DNA of 62,440 nucleotides, the filler included, from Rhabdomonas costata (taxonomy: Eukaryota): assembly GCA_019059605.1 (NCBI GenBank). It is 30 parts of 30 records of this genome, joined end to end, with 100 filler letters (N's around TTAATTAATTAA, not from the genome) between each part and the next. Parts side by side here need not be neighbours in the genome. Positions count along the whole stretch, not along the records: positions 1 to 1,988 come from JAHMHO010006689.1; positions 2,089 to 4,075 come from JAHMHO010006690.1; positions 4,176 to 6,154 come from JAHMHO010006691.1; positions 6,255 to 8,243 come from JAHMHO010006692.1; positions 8,344 to 10,330 come from JAHMHO010006693.1; positions 10,431 to 12,415 come from JAHMHO010006694.1; 24 more parts are not named here. One strand, written 5' to 3'. The notes below the pieces were generated by a model. It did not search any database and was not told the DNA's origin. It saw only the letters and a program-made list of their open reading frames with translations. Of the stretch, positions 1-11,098 are shown in pieces (position 1 is the first letter of the stretch; every line of letters starts with the position of its first letter). The translations under genes were made by a program, and so were the position numbers.

Positions 1-6
1 TGTGTG

Positions 7-79
7 TGGGGTAGGGCCCCTTCCCGGAAGGTGCCCCTTTCGGGGAAGGGGTGGCCTTCCGGGAAGGGGCCCTACCCCA
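7..79. repeat. GC-rich inverted repeat / hairpin
   Basis: 7-31 TGGGGTAGGGCCCCTTCCCGGAAGG is the exact reverse complement of 55-79. The inner TGCCCCTT/AAGGGGTG extends the stem. Confidence 0.9.
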
Positions 80-1313
80 GAGACTCGCACTCCAAGAGAG
101 GCACGTCAAAGCAAGAGAAGAAGAGAAAAAGGGCAAGAAAAGGTTAAAGTTCTCAGAGGTGGAAAAAATCGGGAAAACAACTATCAACATTTTCCCGATC
201 CTGTTCCCGCTCCTGTTTGCTGGTCGTTTGCTCGAGCAGTTATTTTCTGATTTGTAGGCCTTTCAACACAAGCTGAAGATGCGGTGGGGCTCATAACAGA
301 GCTCTGTAGCTTACGGTTGTGAGGTGGGGATCATAAGAGACCCAATGGCATTACTGAAGTCCAAAGTGAAAAGCTCAAAAAAAAAATGCTGGGAGTTTGA
401 TGACCATAAAATATCGCGGTGGACACTTTTATTTGGGGAACTCAAAAAGTAGGATTGTGCGCAATCTGGTGCACACCAAACACCAGTTTCTCCCCTGTAA
501 AACTCCTGAAAACCCAAATTCAGACCAAAAATTGCTAAAACTGGGCTTGAAAACAGACTCAAATCAAGATAAGGGCGAAGTTGAGGTGCTTTGGGATACC
601 AACGAGCTCGGCTGACAATGTTTTTGGGGGGTATGCTTTCCAGAACAAAGAGAGGTCACCGCCTCTTTGTAGCTCAGTGTAGATTTTTCTCCCCCGAAAA
701 ACCTCTAGTAAATCCGAAAGTGTCTCATTTTTTGCACAAAAAGGCGCACCAAACGAGAGCCTCATAAGTTCGCCAAATAAAAAGTGTCCACCGCGATTGG
801 CTAGCAATCCATGCAGTTACAGGGCATAGCCATTAAAACTCACCTTTTATCCCATTGCAAGCTTGCGTTTGGTTTCAAGACATCCCATGATATTGATCCA
901 ATAGTTTGACAAACAGCGTCCCATGCTGTTTCGAAGTTGCTTACACAGAAAACATCATTAAAATTATGAAAACCAACTTTATTCGCGCAAAAAGTCTGCA
1001 TTCAACAGGCCCAATCGCGCACAATTAAACACAACAAGCATGCTCGTGCGAAAAAACCTCAGGGAGTGAAATCGGCGAAACCAAGGGGAAATGGCAACCG
1101 ATCAGATCCCCGAGAGTGAGCGACATCGGTTTATTAGTGTCCACCGAGATATCATGCCAAACTAGGTAAATCGCGGTATCTGACTTCGACCATCCCTCTC
1201 TTGTATTGGTTTCGTGCGATCATAAATAGAAGAAAAGGCCCACTCTGATCTCATCAAAGGACATTCAATGGCTCGAATCCCTGCACAAAATGTTTATAAA
1301 CGTCTCAGGGTCT

Positions 1314-1988
1314 TCAGCAAGATCGAGAAAAGTATATCAATCTGACACAACACACTCGGGCGCAGCTTTCAGAAACTTCGCTACCCCTTCGCAGAACTTC
1401 TTCGGCAAGCCCCAACCACAGCTCCGCCTCAAAGAGTTCACGGCGTCCTTGAGGAGCACGCAAAGTCAGCACAAGGTGGTCCAGCTCAGCTGATCGCATC
1501 TGACGAGCTCGCTGCAGCAGAATCTTATGAAACTGCTTCCGCTGAACTGGAAGAAGTTTCAACGAGAATGAAGACAATGAGCTGAATAGTGAATTCAGAC
1601 CCTCAGGCGATAATTCCGGGGCAACCACAGCAAGCCTCGCCACAAGAGCGGCCCCAGCTTGGGGAGTGAGGCCATCCCGCAGCCCTCGAAAGCACCGAAG
1701 AAGATCACGGGTGGTGAGGTGCTGCGAAACCCGTACAACGTGCTTGCAAAAAGCGGAAGACAACTCCTTGCTCTGGAAATTGGCGCGGAAAAATCCATCA
1801 ATGCAAAGCGATACATCCAGCGCTGAAAGGCTGCAACAGTGGAAAACAGCAGCTAACCGAAGTGACTCCCACAACGCTGCGTCCCGAACATCGGCCTTCG
1901 GAAAGCCGTTCACACAGTTCGCAATATTCTGCCCATTCATCCTTCCAGCTTCTCGAATCGCGCCTTGAGACAAAGCTGCCCACAACGC
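1314..1988 (-). CDS. Helical-repeat RNA-binding-like protein (RAP/FASTK/OPR-type repeats), 5'-truncated
   Basis: Uninterrupted 223-aa frame with ~37-aa repeats: MNGQNIANCVNGF..RDAALW, LSALDVSLCIDGF..SKEL, LTTRDLLRCFRGL, LSPEGLNSLFSSL. Ends in TGA. Confidence 0.55.
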   Translation of the reverse strand, partial: ALWAALSQGAIREAGRMNGQNIANCVNGFPKADVRDAALWESLRLAAVFHCCSLSALDVSLCIDGFFRANFQSKELSSAFCKHVVRVSQHLTTRDLLRCFRGLRDGLTPQAGAALVARLAVVAPELSPEGLNSLFSSLSSFSLKLLPVQRKQFHKILLQRARQMRSAELDHLVLTLRAPQGRRELFEAELWLGLAEEVLRRGSEVSESCARVCCVRLIYFSRSC

Positions 1989-2088
1989 NNNNNNNNNNNN
2001 NNNNNNNNNNNNNNNNNNNNNNNNNNNNNNNNTTAATTAATTAANNNNNNNNNNNNNNNNNNNNNNNNNNNNNNNNNNNNNNNNNNNN
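1989..2088. other. Artificial contig spacer N44-TTAATTAATTAA-N44 (first of 29, recurring every ~2.08 kb up to 60359-60458)
   Basis: Identical 100-bp linker with stops in all six frames. It separates contigs of near-identical length (~1969-1989 bp) with unrelated content. Confidence 0.98.
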
Positions 2089-2331
2089 TGTGTGTGGTCT
2101 GTCACCAGCACCACGACAAATGCGGAGGTGCTGAGCAACCCGATGTTCCTGGGCACAATGGGGCAGCGGACGATGTTCCACATGGAAGTACAGAACGGGG
2201 TGGACATCTCGAGGTACTCGGGGCATCCGGAGTCGGAGGTGTTGCTGGTGCCGGGCACTCGGCTTAAGGTGAAGGGGGTGCTTGACATGGGCCATGGGGC
2301 ACACATTGTGCAGATGGAGGAGCAGCCGGGC
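2089..2331 (+). CDS. Mono-ADP-ribosyltransferase (ARTC, R-S-E class) domain, C-terminal half; exon
   Basis: WSVTSTT (S-T-S/T motif), FLG..G.RTMF, GVDISRYS, HPESEVLLVPGT.LKV (E-x-E motif). Strong GC3 bias. The catalytic Arg lies off-contig. Confidence 0.8.
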
Positions 2332-3639
2332 GTGGTGATCATTTCTCCTCCTTCCCCTCGTCCCACGGTGTGGATCCTCCAACTTTCGTACTCTTGTGGG
2401 CTGACCCGGAGTCCGTCCAAGGCACAGGATTTCGCTTGCAAGTGGGTTCGCGAGACTTTTCTTCTTCCTTGGTGTGAGCCGGAAAGCAGTCGAAGTCGTG
2501 GGAAGCGAAAACCGCAAAGCTGAGGTGGGCATCTTATTACAGTGAAACGGTATCCGTGTATCCGAAAGTAGCGTACTCTCTTTTCCTCTCAGCAGCAAGG
2601 GCCCGCAGCACGCATCCCTCCTCTCCCCCTATCGTTCATCCTGGTCCACATTTGTTGTTTCTTCGCTTCGTGGTTTGGCTTCAGGCATTTTATATTCATG
2701 CATTCATGGAATAGTTGAAAAGCCACTTGTTTTCAGCGCCGCCACGGTTGTTTTATCGCCTTCCCTGGTCGCAGCTACCCCACGCCCTGGCACATTCCGC
2801 TGAAGCAGCGAAGCTGGAACCCCCGACCTGCTGTGGGAATGCATTTGTGGACCAGCGGATCAGTCAAGCGAGTTCTTAAAAAAGAAACGCCTGTTGTTCG
2901 GGCTCGCGACTTCGTCGCTCCGGCTGTCGCAGTTTCTTCCTAAACGCTTTCATGGACCTTGACACTGAACTATTGTGGGTGGTGTGTACCTTCACATGAT
3001 ATATGATCGGCAATTGGGTCCGAAACCATATTTTTGGTGCAGCGAGCGGGAAGCAGTGGCTCCACAGAAAATGACAAAAAAAAAGAGCTGTGCTGCGGTC
3101 TCCTAACAGTTCTTTTCGTGTTCATAGTACTGCCCCCTTTCATATAGATTCACACGACACAGCTCAGCACTCGCAACACCAACCCAAGGACAGTGCTGCA
3201 TACGTCGACCTTGGGCTTGGTCTCAGGAACTGCAGGTTCATGGTAGGAGGTGGGGTGTGCCCCTCCCCCCGGAGGGCAAGGCCTGTGAACCACTACTACA
3301 TTGCATCGCATTGGATAGTTGACTTATTACACGTGTGAACAGAAAGCCTTGCTATTCAGCGGGAAAACCTTGTTGCATAGCAAACAGTCACATAGAAGCG
3401 AAGTCTCGATTGTCGACCGTCCGTCTGCAGAGATCTCAGTCTGTGTGGATTTTTTTGTGTCAATTAGAAAGCGAGCGGTAACGTCTGGTTCATCACTTGG
3501 CTTGGCGTTGTATGCTTTCGTGTTGTCCCCTTGTACGCGGTTGTCTCTCTCTAGGAATTGCTTCGTATGCTGGCCCCTCTCTGTTAGTGTCACGCCGATG
3601 ATACACGGAAGCTGCTTCTCTCCCGCTCTCGTTTTGCAG

Positions 3640-4075
3640 GTCCCAAGCATTCCTGCCCTTCCCCGTAGTTTCGATGCTCCGACTCTGTTTCGGGAAGCGC
3701 AGCAGGGCCGCGTCACCGCTATTGTCGCTGTGGCCATCCTTCGCGCCCGGGGCCGGCTTCCTGGAGCTGGTCAATCGCCGGATCGCCCTGGTGCACTGGC
3801 GACTCTGCGATCTCCAGCGGTGGCTGCGTACCCGGTGGCCACCGCACTCCACGATCTGCTCAATGGTGGTCCGTGTTCATCAGCGGAATGCCTTAGGGTA
3901 CTGCGGGAGCACGCGGGGAGGGGCGACTCCACAGCTAGGTGGGCCCTGGGAGTTTGCCGGTATTTCGGCCCGCGTTTCGCTCCCGGACTGCCCCCGCAGA
4001 ATCGCGAGGAAGCATTTGCTATATTCCGACTGGCGGCAGAGCAGGGCCACGCGGCCGAATTTTCACCACCCCAAC
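3640..4075 (+). CDS. Sel1-like repeat exon
   Basis: Acceptor ttttgcag|3640. AGRGDSTARWALGVCRYFG...PQNREEAFAIFRLAAEQGHA matches the Sel1 consensus. Confidence 0.75.
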
Positions 4076-4544
4076 NNNNNNNNNNNNNNNNNNNNNNNNN
4101 NNNNNNNNNNNNNNNNNNNTTAATTAATTAANNNNNNNNNNNNNNNNNNNNNNNNNNNNNNNNNNNNNNNNNNNNTTTTTGAAACCAATGCACTTCTGCG
4201 AGATTGCATCAGCTCGTGTACCCAAGAGCTGAACGCAAGAGAGAGGTGGACATGATGGAAACGAATTCTGTTCTCGATTCCTTTTTAAGAGTGTTTTAAA
4301 TGACTGCTGTTCTCTCCCCTTCTTATCCCACCTGTCAGAACGGCTCTTTTCTTCTCATCCACGAGGGTACAGACTTTTGCCTGTTTCCAAGCTGCCAATC
4401 TCGCCCCATCCATTCTGTGTCCAATCTTTGAAAGACTTTGTGTCGTTGACAGAGGTGTGGGCTCTAGTGCGTCCTGAACGGCGGTTCGATGCCGTATGTG
4501 GCGCTTTGTTTATGGGGGCTTTCTGGTACCGCCTTGTCGCCCAG

Positions 4545-6049
4545 GGAACTGGAGGCCATCAAGTGGGCGTGCATGCTGCAGCAGTTTCCGAAGATGCCTC
4601 CGGCATCGGCGCTGGTGCATGTGTACCCGTTCCCTCTGATCTGCCGCGAGGATGAGCGCAAGGCTAAGGTGTTCAAGGACGTCCTCTCCAAGTATGTGAG
4701 CACCCCATCCATTTGCCTGTTATGGGGTGCCGCCCTTGATGGAATTTTTCCGCTGGGGAAGGTCTTGATGTCAATCCTTCTGTTCTTCAATCCTTTTTGT
4801 GTATTTGAGTGTCATCACCAACAGGTTCACCCTTAATTTCACCAGCAACTGCACCTATTCCCAATTTGCTGCTAATATTGGCATATTCCCACCTTGGCAC
4901 ATTGTAACCTGGTAAAAAAAAACGAAAAATCGTGAAACCCGCCTGTTCCATCTTTTAGTGGTCTGCAGACAAATATTTTGGACTGGCCTCCATGTGTCCT
5001 TCAGCAACCACTTTTTAATGGAAGTCCTTTCAAAGAATTGCTCCTTTTGCATCCGCTTTTGAGATTTGAACAGCTCCAACAGCTCTTTCTTACTCCTCTG
5101 CAGGTTTACGTTCGCCTCTGCTGAAGGCGTGCAAAAGTATGATTTCAACGGGGGGCCTCAGAACGGCTATCACACCGAGTCTGTCACGGTTCGCGCCGAC
5201 CGTACCGCCGAGGTCACAATGATCTCTACTGGTCGCTGATGTGCTCCTCCCCCTCTCCCCCCTCACCTCACCTCACCTCGGAAGGTGACGGGGAATTATA
5301 TGCTTTGTTCATGGACTGATTGGATGGGAGGGAACTTTCACCTGAAGGCACTCCACTAGCACTCCCTCTTTTATTTCCTTTTGTTGAGGTCCAAATAACC
5401 TGTCAGATGATTGTGAAATTTTTTTGGGTGAAATCATCCATTGAGAAAGGCCAGCTTCAAAATGTGAGCTGTGTTGCTATAGGTCTTTGTGCCCTGCCTT
5501 CCGAAATCCCGGATTTTCTTGCGCCCCTGTTGGACCCCAGCGCACATTCCTTGCAAAGAAATCAAAGATTTTTCCTGCACCCTCCCTTGCTCGTCAGCGC
5601 AGTCTCGACTAGAACTGAATGGTTGCTCAATATATCGCTTCAATTAGCACTATCCTCGAAAAATGCAATGCCGAGACAAATCCACACTATCTGCGCAGAG
5701 TTTGTGCTAACGTTGACCCTAGAGGGGAAGTGAGGATGGAGATGGAGTCATTTGCAAATGGCCTTTTGAGGCTTGAGGCAGTTGCTTGAACGATGCAATT
5801 ATTTTTGAGGAATTTGTTTGCTGGTTTTGCGCTCAGCTGGGGATGGCAGCAAGATCACGGTGACGGTACCCAGCGGGAGCACCCCCCACAGCGCTGGGAT
5901 TCCCACCACCAGCACCCTGGTGGTGGATGACCAGCTGGAGGGCGCAGCCCACCAGAAGTTCTCTAGCCAGCCCTACCTCGCGGAGGTCCTCGACGCGATG
6001 ATTATGGACCACGTCATGGGCCACCACATCTGCCTGGTCTCCGAGAATG
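4545..6049 (+). CDS. VWA8: VWA8-like AAA+ ATPase, internal exons
   Basis: GT-AG exons 4545-4691, 5104-5231 and 5837-6049 join in frame. MLQQFPKMPPASALVHVYPF and LAEVLDAMIMDHVMGHHICLVSENG (leading into a Walker A) resemble VWA8 segments. Confidence 0.7.
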
Positions 6050-6330
6050 GTGCGCTCGTGTGTGTGTGTGTGTGTGTGAATTCTGCACGAGTTCAGAGTG
6101 TTGATCTTCCAGCAGCAACCTTGTTGCCTTGCCTGTTTCTTCCTACCACCCACANNNNNNNNNNNNNNNNNNNNNNNNNNNNNNNNNNNNNNNNNNNNTT
6201 AATTAATTAANNNNNNNNNNNNNNNNNNNNNNNNNNNNNNNNNNNNNNNNNNNNGTTGTGTGTTCTTTGTCAAAAGAAGGACATTGAGCCAGTTTTTGGT
6301 GCCGAACATTTTTTTTCAAATATTTTTCAG

Positions 6331-6911
6331 AAAGAAGTCCGTGTCCTGAGCGCCTGCCGACATCCAAACATCGTCAAGTACCTCACCTCTTTTGTGGAGG
6401 GCAGCGAATTGTGGATCGTTTCTTCGCTAAATGAGGGTGTGTATCTTTTGTTTGCTTGCGTTTGGGATCCCTTTGATTCGCCTCATTGCGAATGTAAAAA
6501 TGTTCAGGCTCTGTTGGTGACATCATGAAGGCTGGTTTTCCTGGTGGTTTCAAGGACGAAGAGCTGATTTCGGGGATTCTCCGGCAAGCCATCGCGGGGT
6601 TGTGTTACCTTCACGAAAATCAAATTATTCATCGGTGTCTGCATCCGGCACCTTTTCCCGTTGTTCTTCCTACCAACTTAATGCGAAGTTCCGTTGGTCA
6701 CCTTGTTTCAACCTCGTTCGCTGTGACAGTGACATCCGCGCGGCCAGCTTTTTGGTCGACAAGGCCGGAATTGTGAGCCTCTCAAATTTATCTTCTGCCG
6801 TCGTTTTGAGTGATGGAGTTTACGAAAATCATCCCCTCACCCAGATTTTTGTTGGTATGCTTTGTGCCTGCACTAACACCTTTTCGATCCGTTGCCTCCT
6901 CTTCCTCCCTT

Positions 6912-6942
<31 letters not shown>

Positions 6943-7878
6943 TTCCGTCACATCCATCCTGCTTTGAGCACTCCTTGTGGCGGCAGCCGAAAGGGAATTC
7001 GTTTAAGCAGGCACCACGTGCATTCCACACCAACCTCAAACTCGTTATTGGTCATTCCTGGGCAGCCTTCATCAACTTTGTTTCCAACTCTGAAAATGTC
7101 TTTTACAGAAACACCGTGTCATTGGACTGCGCCGGAAGTCTTGGAGCAGGTGTTCGTTTTTGTCAGCTACTGGTGCAGAATTCACAAGTCCTTCTGTTGT
7201 TCTTTGTGTAAGGGGGACCCATTTGAAGAGTCACATAGTCATTCACACCTTCTTCCGCTCCCCTCCCCAAAACGACAGTGTGTGTATCAACACCTTTTCA
7301 AAGACGAGAGGCTCCAGAAAAAGTCGAGAGTGCCATCATCCCCCTTTTTCCGTTACAATCGACTTTTTGGAGTCTCGACGAAGAATTTTCGAGACACCGA
7401 AAGCACCGAATTCGCATTTTTGCCCAATATTCCTTGGGACACTACTGGATGTGCCCAGTGGCAAAGGTTTGGTTTGGTGATGGTCTTTGCCTTCAATCGT
7501 TGGTCGGGACAATTTCCGCTGAATTGCCCGACCACAAAGCTTCAAGTCTGGTTACTTTGACCACTGCTTGTGAAACAAGTGGACAGCTGCGAATAAATAA
7601 AAATCAAGCAAAGAAAATTGCTTTAAAGCCATTTAAACCCGTCTTAAAACGTTCTAAAGCGGTTTGGACCGTCGTTCACTGTCGGATTTACTGTCCTTGG
7701 GTGAGGGTGATGCCTTCATCTAGCATGCCGAAAAGGCCTCCGGTGTGTCACTTTCAGTTGCCTTCGGACTGCACAGGTGAGCGGTTATGATTATTCTTGC
7801 GACGTGTGGTCCCTGGGCATAACTCTTTTGGAGCTCGTCTTCGGTGAACCGCCATACGCAAGCTTTCCTCCTCTGAAG
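6331..7878 (+). CDS. STE20 GCK-VI (OSR1/SPAK/STRAD-like) kinase domain, probable pseudokinase
   Basis: Exons 6331-6436, 6508-6634, 6730-6854, 7109-7149 and 7777-7878, all GT-AG and in frame: HPNIVKYLTSFV, IIHRDIRAASFLV, SLSNLSS, ETPCHWTAPEVLEQ, GYDYSCDVWSLGITLLELVFGEPPY. Confidence 0.9.
6912..6936 (+). repeat. (CT)n microsatellite in intron
   Basis: Direct run of TC dinucleotides. Confidence 0.9.
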
Positions 7879-8643
7879 GTACTGTGGGTTTTTCGCTTCT
7901 TCCCAAACGCCATCCAATGCCATCTGATTCCATCTGAAGGTCAGCGAGGGTTGGAATAGTTTTGCCAAGTGGACTTCAGATCTGCATCTGGTGCGGTTTT
8001 GCGGGTGCGAACACCCCGCCTATATTTTTGGGTTTCTCTGGAATTAAACTGGGAATGTGCCACAATTCGTAATCCTCAGTGACAGATTATGTACTGGTGT
8101 GGTGGTGAGTGGTACGTTACACCTAATTTTAAGAACGTGTTGAATATAAAGTTCGATTTCATATGCAATCTGACAATTCCTGACGTCGTGGGGATTCTCT
8201 TCATGATGATTATCTCAGAGGCACAACGCTCAGTGTTCAAACANNNNNNNNNNNNNNNNNNNNNNNNNNNNNNNNNNNNNNNNNNNNTTAATTAATTAAN
8301 NNNNNNNNNNNNNNNNNNNNNNNNNNNNNNNNNNNNNNNNNNNTGTGGGTGGTCAGAGGCGGTGGTGGTCGACAGCAGCAGCGCGGGCTGTGGGTGGGAA
8401 TATGAAAACCATTGCAGAAAGCCAAAGTAGAATCATCAACATTCAGTAAAAAAAAAAATCAAAGCTTGTGAAAATCAACATAAAGAACGCCTTCTGAAGT
8501 TACTTTTCCGTGGGAGGGAAATGCAGGCTCGGGGAAACGCCTTCTCAGCCACACGCACACACGGCTGAAGCCGAAGTGTCTCGGTCTTCATTTTGCACAA
8601 ATGAGGCAAAAAAACCAACCACGCCCGGCCCGATGAGCACTAC

Positions 8644-9755
8644 CTGCATAGGCGGTCGGGCGTTCAGCTGCCGCCGAAGCGCCGAAGGGCTTATGTCCAC
8701 GTGCGCCCCGGTGGGGCCGAGCCGACGAGCGGACAGTACCTCCGGGGCAGCCCCAGGGCCGAAGGCCTGCCCCTGGTGCAGGTGCTTCTCTGCAGCCACT
8801 GCAACACTGCGGTACACCATGCGCAGCACCGCGAGGCGTCGCTGGAAGTGCGTCTCAAAGGGGGTGCGCGAGTGAAGCGCTTCCCGGAGCACGAAGCCCG
8901 ACAGGCTGCTCAGTCTGCGGTGAAGCTGCTCGTAATCCTGCAGGTGAGGAAACGGCAGAGGCAAAGGCGAAGGCAAAGGCAAAGGAAGCAGCACAAGATG
9001 AAACATAAGGGAAGAGGGCAAGCCCTCTGATCTTCTGAATACACAAGCTGTTTGAGGGAAAAGCTGGACGGAGGGTTAACACCAACACCCACAATGTATT
9101 TGAAAGCCGACCGCGCCGAAAGAAGCTCTGCAACTGGCCCTTCGCCGCCTGCAGCCCACAAAAATCACTGTCATCGGTATCACTGTTTCGTTCACCCCAC
9201 CGGGTCCACTGGGAAGGTTGTGTTCTCCGCTACTTATCACCATGGAGCAAACGCAAAGAAAAGACGGTAAATTTTTGAGGGAAAATAATGGAGCCCAATA
9301 ACAATATCCAGTTATTTAGTCTTCCGCCGTGCTTGTTTACACTTTTTCTTGTGTGGCTTTCTTGACCTTTGCCTCTGTGCTTTGTAGTTTTTTTTTGCTC
9401 TCTACTTCTGAAGACACATCATTGAGCGACTTACAACTGAAGTGACTTGCATATGGAGCGCCTTGCGCACTTACAGGAAATGACCCCTCGCTCCTGTGTG
9501 GAGTGGCCTTGCGAGATGCCAACTAATTACTAAAGAGAGACTTAATTCCTCAAATGAATGGATGGCAGCAAAATTTGCTGAACAAAAACAAAGAAAGAAG
9601 AGCAGTGCATGCCGCAGTAAAAAAGACGTCGGCCTCAGGAGGCGCGTCCCACTTGGAGTGCCACCCTTCCTGGTGATGTGGAAGGGTGCCCAGCTCGGGG
9701 GTAGCAGTGCTGAGCGCCGCCAAATTCTCCAGCAGGCTGGCAGCCTCGCTGTGCT
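8644..9755 (-). CDS. Hypothetical protein, internal exons
   Basis: Exon 8937-8644 (cag|...|gta, 98 codons, DYEQLHRRLSSLSGFVLRE...) and an exon from 9755 (EHSEAASLLENL...). GC3 bias, no recognised domain. Confidence 0.5.
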
Positions 9756-10748
9756 CTGCCGGTGAAAACAGCGTACTGGGGTCAAGGGAAGCCCATTCTT
9801 TTTCTTTGAAAACGTTGCTTGCAGGGAATTTGTGCATTTTTTTACTCCAGAAGAAACATTCAAAATTCTGCCAGAAAGAGAAGCGAAACGGCGACATATG
9901 TACGACAGAAGGAATTGCGCATGTGAGACGCCATTGGAAGGCGTTTCCACGAATGAAAACCAACTTCACCCAAGAAGCAAAAAAGGAAAACTGAATGAGC
10001 TTCCGAGTGACCAAACAAGTTCCTCTCCCATCTTATCTGCAAGAAGCGCCCGCAGTATACCTGCGACCCTTCAGAAAAAGAGATGGTGCTTCAGGGCCAC
10101 CGAAGACCAGGAGTAAAAAAGATTCAGTCAATTCAGTCAGGAAACGAAACGTCTGTAATGGAAAGGTTCAGCTGCCCCAAACCGGATAAAGTATTTCCAT
10201 CATTTCCACTTAGACACTCCCCGAAAAAGTGTGAAAACAAACAGAAGCTGCGGGGGGCAGTTCATATGTGCAGCTCGAGAAGAAGAGGCTCTCTCAGCAA
10301 AGGGGCTTGATTACAATTGATTTGAGCGCTNNNNNNNNNNNNNNNNNNNNNNNNNNNNNNNNNNNNNNNNNNNNTTAATTAATTAANNNNNNNNNNNNNN
10401 NNNNNNNNNNNNNNNNNNNNNNNNNNNNNNTGTGGTGGGGGGTAGGCCGAAGCCGCGGCACTAAGCTCCAACTGAGTCTCCCTTCGAATGGGTTGCTCCC
10501 CGCTCCTGTATTACTACGACACGGTGCATTTCTCAGCGCGGCAACTGACTGCGATCTACCTGCTCGCTGGACTCTACAGCAGTTTGTTATCCAGAGTGTT
10601 GTGGAACGATGCATTGACCAATCCCATAGTTAGATGCTGATGCACAGTCCATTTATTGTCCTTGTGGATCTGGTGTGATGGGTTTGCTGCTTAGACGGAG
10701 ATTCTTCCGCTGAACCTTTTTGACGGCTATCTTTCACCTTCGTTGCAG

Positions 10749-11098
10749 CTGGATACCACTGAACTTTCACTGCGGGATTTGCAGGAGGAGCTCAAAGCCA
10801 GGTGTTACCAGGGGGAGGGGATTTCCTCATTCGGCGTCCTGACGCCTTGCTACTCGACTCTTGTGCTCTGGTTTGAATGTTGAGTTTCAAATACAAATTT
10901 TCCAATTACCACCTATCAACGAACATGAATTCACTTACCGGATCACCCCCGATCACCCCCCACAAAGCACCCCCTTCAATCTCGCGGTTATTTTTCTCTG
11001 GTGGTTGCATTTCCTGTAGGGGACTTCCTCATTCTGGAACAAAGGCGAAGCTCCGGGGGCGACTGGAGCAAGCTCTCACCCAGGACTCGGGAAAATGA
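10749..11098 (+). CDS. C-terminal SAP domain protein (last two exons)
   Basis: Exons 10749-10801 and 11020-11098 splice to LSLRDLQEELKAR|GLPHSGTKAKLRGRLEQAL, a canonical SAP motif. TGA stop. Confidence 0.85.

Noticed and set aside
1268..1285. GGCTCGAATCCC as a tRNA T-loop
   Set aside because: No cloverleaf, D-arm or acceptor stem is present around it.
2033..2044. Regularly spaced TTAATTAATTAA as a biological repeat or CRISPR-like array
   Set aside because: It is always embedded in N-runs of fixed length, so it is an artificial all-frame-stop linker.
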